This document shows positions 35,425 to 47,400 of a stretch of 64,000 nucleotides of DNA, piece by piece. The DNA comes from a virus (Duplodnaviria > Caudoviricetes). Numbering within the stretch: the first letter of the stretch is position 1; each line of letters opens with the position of its first letter. A program made the position numbers and the translations under genes. Where the stretch lies: IMG/VR virus record IMGVR_UViG_3300037067_012588, one strand, 5' to 3'. The notes under the pieces are model-generated. The model was not told the origin of the DNA and searched no databases. It saw only the letters and a list, made by a program, of their open reading frames with translations.

Positions 35425-38400
35425 TCAAGCGAGACAATTGCTTTTGATTGTATTCATTAGCGTATTGTATAGGTCAATCTTAGCCTCAGCTTCAGCCTTA
35501 CAATCGCAAGTCAGAATGGCTGGAAGTTGTTTTGCCTGACAAACAAAAGACCTATCAGCACACATAGCCGCACACGAAATCACCATCGACCTCAATGCGT
35601 TAAATTTTGTGAAACATTCATGAAGCAAAAGATGCTGACCTCTAGTCACCGAAACAGAAGCACTCGAAACCGTTGTCCCAATCGTTCTTGAAAACTTACC
35701 ACTCTCACCAGATACCTGAACAACAGATAAGCCACCACTTGTTGCCCACGCATAGTCTCCCTCGTCAGCACCACAACAAGGATACCAAACACTCCCCTCG
35801 TTATACCCCGTAACTTCAAAATTTATATATTCCCCCAACCTTGACATATTTGGTCCATAAATGCTGATGTATTGAGTGTTGTGTGATTCTTCAATGTAAT
35901 ACGAATCACAAGCTCTCCAACTCGACACACCGCTGCTACTCCATGAAGACGTCCAAAGACTTGAAGAATACTGATAGGGGTAATAAATAGTCCAAGATGA
36001 AGAATACATTGAAGATTTAGACGACCAAGAGCACGAAGAGTCTCCTGTGTCAGAATCTTCTGAGCATGAAGATGATGACGTCCATGTTGCCCACGATGAT
36101 GAGAACACCGATGACGAGGACGACATCCAACATGCTGGAACAGATGTCGACCCAACAGCCACCCAAGACGATGACCCTGTACCTCCCCGCAAATATTCTC
36201 GCATATAAGACTGCGAAACAAACTCAACTCTAACATTCCAAGACGATGATTTTTTTGTAGACCTCCCGATGGCAGTTATTACAGCCGATCCACAAACATG
36301 CCCAGTAACAACTCCAGTTGAAGATACGGTAGCCCGACAATGGTCTGATGAATACCAATCATAAATCTCCGTCGTGCAATAAGACGATACAAGAAACTGC
36401 TTCGATTCACCTTCTGTAATGTTCGACCATCCAGTAATCGTAATATAACTGTCGTATACCGTAATACTCACAACCGACCGCATATTCGAAGTCACACCCT
36501 GTACGGTAATGCTACAAGTTCCTGCGTTACCAGCGGTAACAACACCTGACGAATCAACCGTCGCTACCCATTCATTTGATGATGCCCAAACATATGTCTC
36601 GGTAATCGGAATAAGAGACTGCACAGAAAATGTGTAAGTGTTCGGCTGAACCATCTTGTTTTGATACGAGACACAAAGAGGCGTGTTGTAAGATGGGACA
36701 TAAATAGTCACCGACCGAGTCATTGTTGGATCGAAAAGATTCTCATATGTGATTGTCGCAAACCCGCCAATATCTCCTGGTGTCACATCACACAAATTAT
36801 CATTACCTGATACTGTTGCAGCCAAATCGTTAGAGGTTGACCAAATACCAAATGATAGCCCAGGAGGGTTCTCGTTGAAAATCGAACAAGAGAATGTCTC
36901 AGTTTGACCCGGTATCAAAACAGACCTATACGAAATAATCGGAACATTCTCTGTCGATGGATCAATAACCTCGATGTTAATGGTTTTTTCCATCAACGTT
37001 GTAGCGCCAACAATTCGAATCGTTCCTGTCCCTGCTGCAAGCGCCGAAACAGTCATTCCTGTAACACCAAGAATCGTTGGCGAATCAGAAGAAATCGTAA
37101 ACGATGCCTCTGGAAAGTTCTTTCCTTGAGCTATATTCAGATTAATCGTATCGCCAATAACCATATGACTGACAGCATTAGTCACACAGAAAAAGTATTC
37201 CTGAATTTCAACTGGAATACCTGAGAACGTTTTCGTCTTTATTGAATCTCCAACAATCTCTGCAACTCGAATCTCTGTCGACCCAGATGCCAAAGCATGA
37301 ATATACCCAGTGCTTCCATAATACTCAGGGTCTTCCTTTGTGTAATCCTCTTGTAGCGTCACCAAATCTCCCGTAGAACCCCAGAAGTATTCACCAACAG
37401 TATCCCCACACGGCAACACAGCTTCAAATATACATTTCTCATTAACGCCAAGAATTGTCTTCCCGCTCAGAAACAAATTCGGAGATGGCATACCAACAAC
37501 ACCAACAGCAACACTTGCCGCAGGACATGTTCCAGAACGTCCAATATGTTCGTCTCCAAATACAGACTCCCTAAACACTATCTTAATCACAGCCGTTGCA
37601 GAAGCACCAGTATCGTTTCCAACAGCTTTGATTGTGACAGTACCTTCCCTTGTAGGATAAAACACTCCATCTCTGAATTGCCCAACAGGGTCTGTCTCAA
37701 GAACAGACCATGTATATGAAGCATCCGTTCCGTTGATGGTTGTAGCAACAAATGTCACGGGAGTCAGGTCAAAAATCACACTGTCAGACTCAATCGATAC
37801 AAACACGCCCTGTTTGGGATAAACAAGGAAAGGCTGAACAATCTTCTCGGCATCAAAATTGTGTGCCCGAATGTCAACCCCACCTGTTCCTTCTTTCACA
37901 GGATGAACCGTGTTTGTTTCGATAATAGCAGATTCATCAACAGTGGCAACTTTGCGATTAATAGATCGCCATTCATATTCTGGAACAACATCATCTTCAT
38001 TTGATTTGCACATAATTTCTGTCGATATGGCAGTATCTGTCTGCAACTCAAATGCACTTTGTCCAAGATATTGAAGCATGGATTTTTCTTCGGACGGCGG
38101 TGTCACGGTAATCGTGAATACTTCAGTTACCCCATTCGCATAGGCAACGAGAGAACATGTACCAACTGCAAGACCAACAACAACGCCAGAATATCGACCA
38201 ACAGAAGCAATTAATGGGCTTGAAGAGGTCCACACTGTAAAAGATGCCGAAAAGTTACGATATGTCGCCTGATATGTTTCTGAGTTTCCAACACCAATGC
38301 TCGATGGACCACCGATGGAAATGAACTGATCTCCATAAGCCCGAACATTTGTTGTAAATGTTGATTGCTGACTAGAAAGATCACTTGTCGCAGTAACCGT

Positions 38401-39375
38401 ACCAGAACCAACTGATGCTCCAGTATATGTTCCATCTGCTCCAACAAGCGAACCAGAACTCAACGCCCATGACCATGTTGTTGCCTTATTACAAGTTTCT
38501 TTTGGAACATAGGTTATGTTCTCACCAACTTCGATGGAAGACAATCCTCTTAGCGTCACTCTCGGATCAACAACTCCAACAATTTGCATATCGAAAGAAC
38601 CAGATGCTAAAGACGTTTGACCCTGAGCACTGATTTTAACAGAGCCTTTCTTCACAGCAGTTACAATACCAGTCAGCAAACCAACTGTAGCAACCGAAGT
38701 GTCCGAGCTATACCATTTATAGGTCTCTGTGACAGATTTTGTTGTTGCAGTAAGTGTTGTAGTTCCTCCCCATGGAAGTCTTGCCTGACCTGTAATGTAA
38801 ATATATTGAGGCATTTCATCTGGGTCGTAAACGTTTATCGTCCATGTGGCAATACGAAGAGAAACGGTATCCCGCCACTCAGGAACAGGCTCGGAAGGTT
38901 CACATCCATCTGGGTAATACTGTGTGGATGAAATCCATTGTGCGCAAGAAACTCCAGATGAACTTCCAGAACTCCACGAAGCAGAAGAAAGACAACTCCA
39001 ACTCGAATTTACAGATGAAGAAGAGCAACCATTGCATCCGCAGTTTCTATCACAATACCAATGGGAATATCCCTGACAAGTAACAACAGCAGAACCGTGT
39101 TTTATTGCCGTAACAAGTGTCGTATCGTTCGGCCCTTCTTCAACTGTCAATACAGTTGGGTCTGATGAATACCATTTCCTTCTGTTGATGGTGCAACCAT
39201 CAGCATCCGTATCAATATCATTACAACAATTCGCCCCTTCGGAACCACAGGTACAATTGTTCTTGAGAACGTCTTTTCCGTCCATCATTGCATTCGTTAG
39301 TGTCTGTGTCGTTCCAATTTGCATGGACGATTGTCCATGAATAAAAAGAACTCTCTGGCAATCACTCATTAGCAA
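35425..39375 (-). CDS. multi-Ig (Big_2-like) virion surface or tail-fibre protein
   Basis: repeated W.SS...VATV...G.VT....G...I.. units; Ser/Trp-rich tracts near both ends. Confidence 0.85.
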   Translation of the reverse strand: MLMSDCQRVLFIHGQSSMQIGTTQTLTNAMMDGKDVLKNNCTCGSEGANCCNDIDTDADGCTINRRKWYSSDPTVLTVEEGPNDTTLVTAIKHGSAVVTCQGYSHWYCDRNCGCNGCSSSSVNSSWSCLSSASWSSGSSSGVSCAQWISSTQYYPDGCEPSEPVPEWRDTVSLRIATWTINVYDPDEMPQYIYITGQARLPWGGTTTLTATTKSVTETYKWYSSDTSVATVGLLTGIVTAVKKGSVKISAQGQTSLASGSFDMQIVGVVDPRVTLRGLSSIEVGENITYVPKETCNKATTWSWALSSGSLVGADGTYTGASVGSGTVTATSDLSSQQSTFTTNVRAYGDQFISIGGPSSIGVGNSETYQATYRNFSASFTVWTSSSPLIASVGRYSGVVVGLAVGTCSLVAYANGVTEVFTITVTPPSEEKSMLQYLGQSAFELQTDTAISTEIMCKSNEDDVVPEYEWRSINRKVATVDESAIIETNTVHPVKEGTGGVDIRAHNFDAEKIVQPFLVYPKQGVFVSIESDSVIFDLTPVTFVATTINGTDASYTWSVLETDPVGQFRDGVFYPTREGTVTIKAVGNDTGASATAVIKIVFRESVFGDEHIGRSGTCPAASVAVGVVGMPSPNLFLSGKTILGVNEKCIFEAVLPCGDTVGEYFWGSTGDLVTLQEDYTKEDPEYYGSTGYIHALASGSTEIRVAEIVGDSIKTKTFSGIPVEIQEYFFCVTNAVSHMVIGDTINLNIAQGKNFPEASFTISSDSPTILGVTGMTVSALAAGTGTIRIVGATTLMEKTINIEVIDPSTENVPIISYRSVLIPGQTETFSCSIFNENPPGLSFGIWSTSNDLAATVSGNDNLCDVTPGDIGGFATITYENLFDPTMTRSVTIYVPSYNTPLCVSYQNKMVQPNTYTFSVQSLIPITETYVWASSNEWVATVDSSGVVTAGNAGTCSITVQGVTSNMRSVVSITVYDSYITITGWSNITEGESKQFLVSSYCTTEIYDWYSSDHCRATVSSTGVVTGHVCGSAVITAIGRSTKKSSSWNVRVEFVSQSYMREYLRGGTGSSSWVAVGSTSVPACWMSSSSSVFSSSWATWTSSSSCSEDSDTGDSSCSWSSKSSMYSSSWTIYYPYQYSSSLWTSSWSSSGVSSWRACDSYYIEESHNTQYISIYGPNMSRLGEYINFEVTGYNEGSVWYPCCGADEGDYAWATSGGLSVVQVSGESGKFSRTIGTTVSSASVSVTRGQHLLLHECFTKFNALRSMVISCAAMCADRSFVCQAKQLPAILTCDCKAEAEAKIDLYNTLMNTIKSNCLA

Positions 39376-40505
39376 TCCTTCGGACGGTCAATTTCAGCCT
39401 CACGCTCTTCACTGATCTTCACGAGCATTCCACACGAATCATATGTGAAATCCTGAACCCACATCTTCAATGCACCCGCTGGATTATAAGACAACCCAAC
39501 ACAAACTGTCACAATAACTCCTTCAAAATTAGGTGGAGCATCTGCCGAATTTGTTCTGTCCCATGTTGCCAAGGTTCCTCTTGTTGTATCTGTATGAACT
39601 CCTGGATATGTCAGGTCTTTCGGCGTTTCATAAGCCCCAACACAACCTCCACCTCCGCCACCACCTGCCCCACGAATGAAATCAAGAATTGGCACTCTTC
39701 CATTGTTGTAAAGATTTCCATCCTGATCCAAATCTGCTTGCCAAATTGGCCAACATCCAATCGCTGTCGGACGATTAAAAAGCGGAAACATGTCGGAATT
39801 TCGAAGTCGAACAGACGAACCCGAAGAATCCATTGGCGGACGAAGACTTTCAGCAAAATATGTCAACTGCTCTGCATATCCACCTTCACTATCCATATGA
39901 TGAACTCGACCAAAAGCACAACACAACGTCCGATAACAAGTCTTGTATACATCACTCGTTAGAGTAAAATCGTCTTCGTTGATTTTAACAATCTTTGTCG
40001 GGTCAAGAACTGTCCCAGGAGCAATATATTCCTTGTAATTTGTCCAATATAAAAGAGTTAGCGAATTCGATTTTGAGTCATATGTGATTTTTGGACTAAT
40101 CACTTCTCGGAGAAGTGCAAGATTCACTACCCCTCCACCAGTCACATCTGGGCTATCCGAATTGATGTAATAAACGAATCTTGGATTGCTCTTCAGTTCT
40201 CCCTGCTGAGAAAGCCGATACCACATCAAAACACGCTCTCCACGCTTCGGATACTCTGTTTCGTCTGGGCAAATATAAGCCCAATCAGGGTCGTCATAGC
40301 GCCATGATAGCCCCAGAAGCTCATCATCAAGCAAAGTCCTATCTCCACCGCACCCAGAAGAATCATTGGCAGAAGTGCTTGATGTGGCATAAGAATAACA
40401 ACCAACAGTATCAGGAACAAAGACAAGAATATCTCTGTCCGAAAGACAAACAATTTCAGGAGACCTTCCAATATGAATTACAGGAGGCAACGCATCTGAA
40501 GACAT
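39369..40505 (-). CDS. putative tail-tip protein
   Basis: position in the tail operon; poly-Gly linker. Confidence 0.55.
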   Translation of the reverse strand: MSSDALPPVIHIGRSPEIVCLSDRDILVFVPDTVGCYSYATSSTSANDSSGCGGDRTLLDDELLGLSWRYDDPDWAYICPDETEYPKRGERVLMWYRLSQQGELKSNPRFVYYINSDSPDVTGGGVVNLALLREVISPKITYDSKSNSLTLLYWTNYKEYIAPGTVLDPTKIVKINEDDFTLTSDVYKTCYRTLCCAFGRVHHMDSEGGYAEQLTYFAESLRPPMDSSGSSVRLRNSDMFPLFNRPTAIGCWPIWQADLDQDGNLYNNGRVPILDFIRGAGGGGGGGCVGAYETPKDLTYPGVHTDTTRGTLATWDRTNSADAPPNFEGVIVTVCVGLSYNPAGALKMWVQDFTYDSCGMLVKISEEREAEIDRPKDC

Positions 40506-40508
40506 TTT

Positions 40509-41531
40509 TCACCTATACAAAACGGTGGCACGAAAGCGCCCCCCGATTCCGCCAGTATTATATACTCGAAAAGTATCAGCCCTTGGGACATCTACATCTT
40601 GCTGAAAATACCCAACACAAACATCGCCAACACCACTATCAGGTATACCACCCTTCTCTGCCATCACAAAAACAGAGTCGATCTCCAAAGCCCCTACAAC
40701 CTCCACGGTAATCCCCGTCACCCCTGCAAACACAGCCGACACAGCCTTGATCTTGTTTCTATCACAAAGCTCATTGATTGCACCAACGAGTGATGTTTCT
40801 TCTGTTTTCAGCTCTGGATTGTTGATATCCGAAAGAGCAACGCTCATACGAACATCCTTCAATACCATCTCACCTTTTGTCTCAATCGAAGGCTCAGACC
40901 CTCCTCTCGTATCATCAATCTGGATAGCCCCACCCTTGACATTCACATCAGAAACAACAGCACGAAGCTGCTTGCGAACAACCAACTCATCCTGAGTCAA
41001 AACAGGCGAGTGAGGATTCGTTGTATCGTTGATATGTGAAGTAAAATCCTTTGCGTAAAGTTTTCCATCAGGGTTTGAATCGATAACAGGAACCTCTCCT
41101 GTCAAATCTAGCGTCGCCAAAAGAAGATTGGTTTCAAGCTGTGCTTGTTTTGACGTATAAGATGTAACAGCAAATGATTCCTCGTTTGTGAACTGAGTAT
41201 TCGTCCACTCCGCATAAAGATAATAGAAAAAACCTTCATTAAGATTTGCCCATTTTACCGTCGAAAACGTTTGAGCAAGTCCACGATTGATAACACCGAG
41301 CAATGCTGGCTTCCCACCATAAGACGAACAGCGGACGACATAAAACCCATCAGAACCCTTCAGTGCCGTATATTCACCGTCTTCGTAAACACAACAATAC
41401 GCACCACGAGAAGCAGCTATCAACTGGTTCTCTATCAGGTTCGCCTTATCCATCTCTGTCTCAGAGTTGATTCTGTCACCAGAACCAGGAACAGGAATAC
41501 CAAAAAATGATGTTCTTCTTTTGTAAGGCAT
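40509..41531 (-). CDS. putative tail/fibre-attachment protein
   Basis: start re-chosen at MPYKRR; HINDTTNPH and L.T...SLVGAINEL motifs typical of fibre proteins. Confidence 0.65.
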   Translation of the reverse strand: MPYKRRTSFFGIPVPGSGDRINSETEMDKANLIENQLIAASRGAYCCVYEDGEYTALKGSDGFYVVRCSSYGGKPALLGVINRGLAQTFSTVKWANLNEGFFYYLYAEWTNTQFTNEESFAVTSYTSKQAQLETNLLLATLDLTGEVPVIDSNPDGKLYAKDFTSHINDTTNPHSPVLTQDELVVRKQLRAVVSDVNVKGGAIQIDDTRGGSEPSIETKGEMVLKDVRMSVALSDINNPELKTEETSLVGAINELCDRNKIKAVSAVFAGVTGITVEVVGALEIDSVFVMAEKGGIPDSGVGDVCVGYFQQDVDVPRADTFRVYNTGGIGGRFRATVLYR

Positions 41532-41535
41532 GAGT

Positions 41536-41745
41536 TCACTCCACAACACAATCGCCGTCAACATCCGACGAGCCACATATGAAAAACTTCCTACCTTCCT
41601 TGTCCTGACCTTTCGATACACCAGCCATGCCATTCGCAGGCGTTGTAAACGCAACAACATTGGCTCCATACACAGCAGGATTCGATGCAGCAGCTATAGC
41701 CCGTTGCAAGAAAAAAGAACCAGGTGTGTTTCCGTTCGCAGCCAT
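41536..41745 (-). CDS. small virion-associated protein
   Basis: AGGAGG SD, 69 aa. Confidence 0.6.
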   Translation of the reverse strand: MAANGNTPGSFFLQRAIAAASNPAVYGANVVAFTTPANGMAGVSKGQDKEGRKFFICGSSDVDGDCVVE

Positions 41746-41757
41746 AATATCCTCCTA

Positions 41758-44481
41758 TCAATGTCCAGACTTTGAAAATTCCAAGTCGGTCGTCCATGTC
41801 TTAGATGCAAAATCAATATTATGTGAAACCGATGAAACAACAACACCTGTTCCCCATTGGGAATATGGCCATATTCTTGCGTCTCCCGTAATCTGCGTTC
41901 GACCAATAACTTCATACTTTGAAGATGAAGCCTTCAAACGATTGATAGCAATCGTCAATTCATCGTCCGACAAAATACCCTGAAATGGCTTAAACATCAT
42001 TCTCGACCAAGGAATCTGTGGCGTTATATCTCTGTTCGAAACAGGACGCAAAAATGGCATTACTGGCGCAGAGTCTGGCAACATCCCTGTTGATGATTCA
42101 ATTTGTCGCAGAGCCGACACCACAATCTCATTACGCAAATCTTCAAAATCTGGAGTCTCCTCCAACGTTGTAATCGAAGCATACGGATAATCTGCCGAAT
42201 AATCATCGTGAGGAACTTTTGGTAAACCCGTTGTCTCGTCCAGTGAATACAAATACATCTTTCCATCGGGCTGACAAACCCATGTTACCAAAGAATCATT
42301 CATCGTTGAGTTCAGAGCATCAAGAATCGATGTTCCTGCTGAAAAATTATACTTCGGAGCATCTGGACGTGAAGAGCCCCCAAGATTGACATTGTGCTGA
42401 TCTGGAGAACCAAAATTGTCAAACTTCCTATATACTCCTCCATATCGACACAAAAATTTCGTGCAATCATTCACAGTCATACCGTCAAAAAACGGAGGAA
42501 GAACGAGAATGATTTCCGATAATTTCTTCTCAAGCCCATAGCACTGAATAGTCCAAGTATTACTGTCTGGGCTATTCGAAGACCCGACACCATAAGCCAA
42601 TCCAGAAAACACCCTGCCTCCTCTTCCAGAGAACGGACCACCACTCATGTCGATAGTAATAGCTCCAATCTTCTGAACAGCAGTTGCATCCCAACCAGCA
42701 CAACCATATTTGTCCACCACAATACTTGCCGATGATCCGTCCAATCCTTGTGAAATGCTGATACTCTGAATATAGTCTTGCCAAGAACCCGTATAATCTG
42801 GGTCGCCATGCGTTCCTCCAGTCCATGTCACATTGAACGGGTCACCAGGAACAGAGTTTGGATTGTCTATTTTTCCTGTATCATCAGTTTGAGTATATCG
42901 TACATAAAAACCAAGAAGCTCAGGAGCATATCGGCTATATGTGTTTGCAGTATCCTCGCCCATATCTATCTCAACAGTGAGACACCTATACTCCATCGAT
43001 TCGCCAGAGTCGGGATATTCTATAGGACCACCAAGAGATGCAGGGAGAGGTTTTGCAATCCAATCTGTAGGGTCTGTTGATCCATTTATCTTCAAAATAG
43101 CATCACCATTCCCACCCTTCGTCCAGATAGGATAGAACCTCTGAACATACTGTATCTCTCCAACATCCCCAGTCTTGTTTCCAACAAAAATCAAATCGAA
43201 CTTCACCGTCTTTGAAAAGAAACACGGGTCATATAACCAATCCAATCTACAATTTTTCGTCTCAAGTAGAATATCTGTTCCAAGATTTACAATGACTTCT
43301 GGTTGTCCTGAGTATTTTATCTCGACAATATCAACGGGATTCTGAGGATCGAACGCAGGATCGACATACGGGGGCTTCATCGAATAAGCTCCCTGTGTTT
43401 TTGGACAAAAAGTTGCCCCTGTTTGTGAAATTCCCTTTCCACCATCCCCATCCATGACGCCACTCGATACAACTATCCCGTTCCAAACAGGATAGATAGT
43501 GACCATATACGGAGTCCCATCCGAAGGTGAAACGTTTTGCGGAGGACGATCTGCTCCAGCAACATTAACCAATTGGACTTTTGTCGTTGTTGGATTCGAT
43601 GTTCCAATCGTCACCATTAAAGCCCCACTCTCAACAAGTGTCATTGAGACTTCTCCAAAGGTGATTTTCACTTCGGACTTTGCTTTCTCCATTTGCTCTG
43701 GCCTATTCCTTGAGAAACGAATTGGAATTGGCTTAAGCAACAAACTAAAAGCTCCACCAAGAACAAGCTCACGAGGTTTCCATCTTGTCGCCCCATCAAG
43801 GATAGGGTTTGGTCCATTTGTCCCCAACTGATTCAACCTCAAAAATGTCTGAGATAATGCGGGAGTAACTGTCGTCCCTTCAGGATAAGGGTCGTTTTTG
43901 TCTTTCGTAGAAGGAAACCTCATTCCTGGACTTCCTGTCCATTCCAATGACTTACTCACAGCAATGGGGTCTGTTATCTCTGGATGAAGTCCAGCAATAT
44001 CATTCTCTAGAAGCTTCCAATTGAACAACTTACTAACAGCAGAACCATCTTTCGTTATGGCATTCCAATTCTGAACAGCAAAAACTCCATTATCGGTCAT
44101 GTAATTCGTTGCTGGAAACAATTTCGGCATAATACTATTGTTGCCAGAAACCATTCCGCACTGAACATTTCGATAATATCCCTTACTTATTTCTGAACCC
44201 CACAGCCCAGAAGAAATAAATATTGGACAATCTGTAACAGCAGTTCCTGCTATATCCTCAAATCGATAAAAATAGATTGCCCTTCTTCCTTCTGGATAAT
44301 CATTTGTCGATGTAGAAAACGGAGGCGTTGTTGGCTGCCCTGCATTATAACACCTATTCGTCTCATTGGCCAACAAGACCAACTCCCAACGATGATTCTC
44401 TGCAACATCTAACTCAATGCTTGGAATGTCAAATCCAAGAGTTGCAACAGGATTCGGAATCGTTGCTGGATCAATCGCCAT
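41758..44481 (-). CDS. baseplate hub / tail-tip protein
   Basis: directly after the tape measure; hub-like C-terminus (IQSISIS, CQPDG.M, V.SVSHNID...WTT.LE). Confidence 0.65.
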   Translation of the reverse strand: MAIDPATIPNPVATLGFDIPSIELDVAENHRWELVLLANETNRCYNAGQPTTPPFSTSTNDYPEGRRAIYFYRFEDIAGTAVTDCPIFISSGLWGSEISKGYYRNVQCGMVSGNNSIMPKLFPATNYMTDNGVFAVQNWNAITKDGSAVSKLFNWKLLENDIAGLHPEITDPIAVSKSLEWTGSPGMRFPSTKDKNDPYPEGTTVTPALSQTFLRLNQLGTNGPNPILDGATRWKPRELVLGGAFSLLLKPIPIRFSRNRPEQMEKAKSEVKITFGEVSMTLVESGALMVTIGTSNPTTTKVQLVNVAGADRPPQNVSPSDGTPYMVTIYPVWNGIVVSSGVMDGDGGKGISQTGATFCPKTQGAYSMKPPYVDPAFDPQNPVDIVEIKYSGQPEVIVNLGTDILLETKNCRLDWLYDPCFFSKTVKFDLIFVGNKTGDVGEIQYVQRFYPIWTKGGNGDAILKINGSTDPTDWIAKPLPASLGGPIEYPDSGESMEYRCLTVEIDMGEDTANTYSRYAPELLGFYVRYTQTDDTGKIDNPNSVPGDPFNVTWTGGTHGDPDYTGSWQDYIQSISISQGLDGSSASIVVDKYGCAGWDATAVQKIGAITIDMSGGPFSGRGGRVFSGLAYGVGSSNSPDSNTWTIQCYGLEKKLSEIILVLPPFFDGMTVNDCTKFLCRYGGVYRKFDNFGSPDQHNVNLGGSSRPDAPKYNFSAGTSILDALNSTMNDSLVTWVCQPDGKMYLYSLDETTGLPKVPHDDYSADYPYASITTLEETPDFEDLRNEIVVSALRQIESSTGMLPDSAPVMPFLRPVSNRDITPQIPWSRMMFKPFQGILSDDELTIAINRLKASSSKYEVIGRTQITGDARIWPYSQWGTGVVVSSVSHNIDFASKTWTTDLEFSKSGH

Positions 44482-47400
44482 TTATTGCCCCTTCGCAGGA
44501 TATCGCTGATCAAATGCAGTCGTCAATGCACCTGTTTGACCAAGCTCTCTCGAAACAATATCAACAACAGCCGACTTAAACATGTTGTTGTTGAACTCAA
44601 TCGTGACTCTACCATCAACAGCAACATCCATTCTTTGCGGCGTCAAAGCACTTTCAGACAACTTCGCAAGAATAGCTGCATAGTTCTCGCTCGGATACTG
44701 AGGACCCTGTGTTGCTTCATTACCAGTCTTAGACCTCGCAAAATCAATTCCATCCTTCAATTCCCTAAACAATGAATCCATTGTATTCCCAAGGTCCAAC
44801 TTGGCAGCTACAAAATCAAGCCCATCACGAAGGTCCTTTATGGCAATACCAACCTTATCCGTGATTGTGTTCGACATTTCTTCAAGAGCAGATTTGAAAT
44901 CACTTCCACTTTCTGGTTTTTCCGATGGAGAAACTCTTGTTACTGTCTCAGCAGATGCAAGGTCTATACCGCTGATTAAATCCCTCACAAGACCCTCAAC
45001 AGCATCCAATGGAGAAGTGATTTCTGTCACAGGTTTTTCTTTTCCAGACAACTTTGAATCGAACAACTCAATACCATCTTTCAATTCCTTGATTGAAATA
45101 GCGACTTCCTTCAGTCCAGCGTCAATCTTCGACTCCTTCATCGTCGTATTGAAAATCTCAATACCAGCCCTCAAATCACGGATAGACTCAACGATTCCAG
45201 CTTGATTCACTACAGCATCAGAACTTGTTGTCTCTGGTGCTGCTTTTTCAACAGGATTGATTCCTGTTGTCGAAGACATTAACCCAACCATCTTTGCCTG
45301 CGAACTTGCAATACTCCCAAGAGAACCAGCAGCACGACGCTGAACGTCCAGCAATGACCCTATGCCGTCAGCCATAGGTTTCATTCCTTCCTTGACGTCA
45401 TTACCCGTTTGACGTGTGCCTTCAGTCAACGCAGGAGTAACAGCAGACATACCTTGTTTTGTCCCATTGGCAATATCTATCGCCGTCTGATTTTTGTTCC
45501 CATTAAGTGCTGCATTGACAACATTCACGGAAAGCTCACGAGAAGCAACCTCTTGTCCAGTTTTTCTTGGAGCCTCCATCGCAAGCTTCTGTCCAATCTC
45601 AAGCTTTTGAGCCTCAAGAGTCTTCGCTTTGCCCTGCAAGTAAAGTCCACCCGATGTTTGAACCTTTCCTCGTCCAACAAATCGTGCCTCCTGATCCATC
45701 AGTTTTCTTGCACCACGAGATGAACGGATAGCTCCGAAAGCCATACCAACCATCTTCTCGTAAGCATCACGCTGTGCTGTCATGGAATCTTTCTGGAGTT
45801 TGTTCTGAGCTTTCTGGAGGTCAACACGAGCCTGCATAAGGTCCATCTCGACATTCACACCCTGAGCCTTCAAAGCCTCTATACGGGCAACATTCTCCTG
45901 TTCACTCTTTACCCTTTGAGATTGAAGAGCAATCTCTTTCGACTTCAGGGCAAAGATTTCCTCATAGCTCCCTCCGATATCCTCAAGGAATGAAACCTGA
46001 TCCTGAATGGATTCAGAAGCAATCTCGACACTCTTATTTTGAGCCTCTACAACCTGTCTTGAAGCAGCAACAGTATCACGGAGACCCTTAAGCTTAATGC
46101 TTTCTTCTTGAGCTGTAATATCGGCCATTGTCTTGATATATTGAAGTCGAGTTGCCTCAAGAGCAACAGCCGCCTCAGGACCACCATCCTTCTTGATTTT
46201 ATCCCTCTTTGCTGAAAAATCTTTCTCTGCATTATCACGAGCATCTTTCAGATTCTTCAACATATCCTCAACACCTGCAGTAATAGCCATAGAAGCCGCT
46301 GTAAAGGCTTCTCCTGCCTTCGCTCCGTCTCCATAGGCAATAGCCAGCTCAATCTGCGCAGAAGCGGCTTCTTGGGCAGCCTTGGCGGTTCTCTGCATCT
46401 CCGTGCTTCCAAGACTAGATATAAAATCATCCCACTTATGTCCGATTTCCTGTAGTTCTTTTGTAAACTTGTTCTTTGACGTCAACAGTTGAGTCTTGGC
46501 CTTTTCAACCCCACCGGCCAAACCAATCGTAACAGTTTGAACACTATCAAATTGTGCTTCGATAGCAGATGTGTCCATTTCTTTACCTGTGTTCTTTTTG
46601 TATATCGCTTTCATGGCGTTCAGTGTTTCATTGAAAGCAGAACGCTTCGCTCTGATTTCTTCAGCAGCAGCTTTTTGCTGATCTTTGTTTCCATCCTTCG
46701 ATGCCGCTCGGAGCTTCGAATAGGACTCCTTCATTCCATCGATTTGTGAGTCAAGAGCATCTGAAAAACTAACCTCTTCCTCCACCATCTTCCCAGAATT
46801 ATCGGTTCTCTTTATCTTTGTTTTTGTAAGCCCAACCTTAGACTCATCGTTTCCAGACATAAATATTTCATGAAGTGATTTTTTTGCTGTCTCATATGTC
46901 CCGCCTATATTTTCGAGGGCTTTGTTCATCGTATCGCCACCCTTCGAAACTTCATCAAGAAGCGCAATACTCCTATCCGCAATAGAAATCTGCTTGCGAA
47001 TTGTATCCGTTTCGCTTTGAAGTCCAGCAGCAAATTCTGCCGCACCTTTTCCATTCAACATGGCAAGTTCAGATTTCTGCTTCAAGAGTTCTGTTTCTCT
47101 CTTCATATAAACAATTGTCGGATCATTCTCAACACCAGCAACCAGACTATCAAGAGAAGCCAGGACCGACTTTATAGAACTCACCATAGACTCGACGCTC
47201 TTTTTCTCAAGCATCAATAAGTCATTCTGTGCTTTTTGAAGCGCAGAAGCTTTTTCTGCAGAATCTTTTATAGACTTCAAAGCTTCAATACGTCTTTGGA
47301 TGGCAACACGTTCTTTCGATACGCTTCCCAAATGACGTTTTGACAAGTTAACGATTCTTGTCTCTATCTTATCAATCTCTTCCTTTTTTGCATTCGATTT

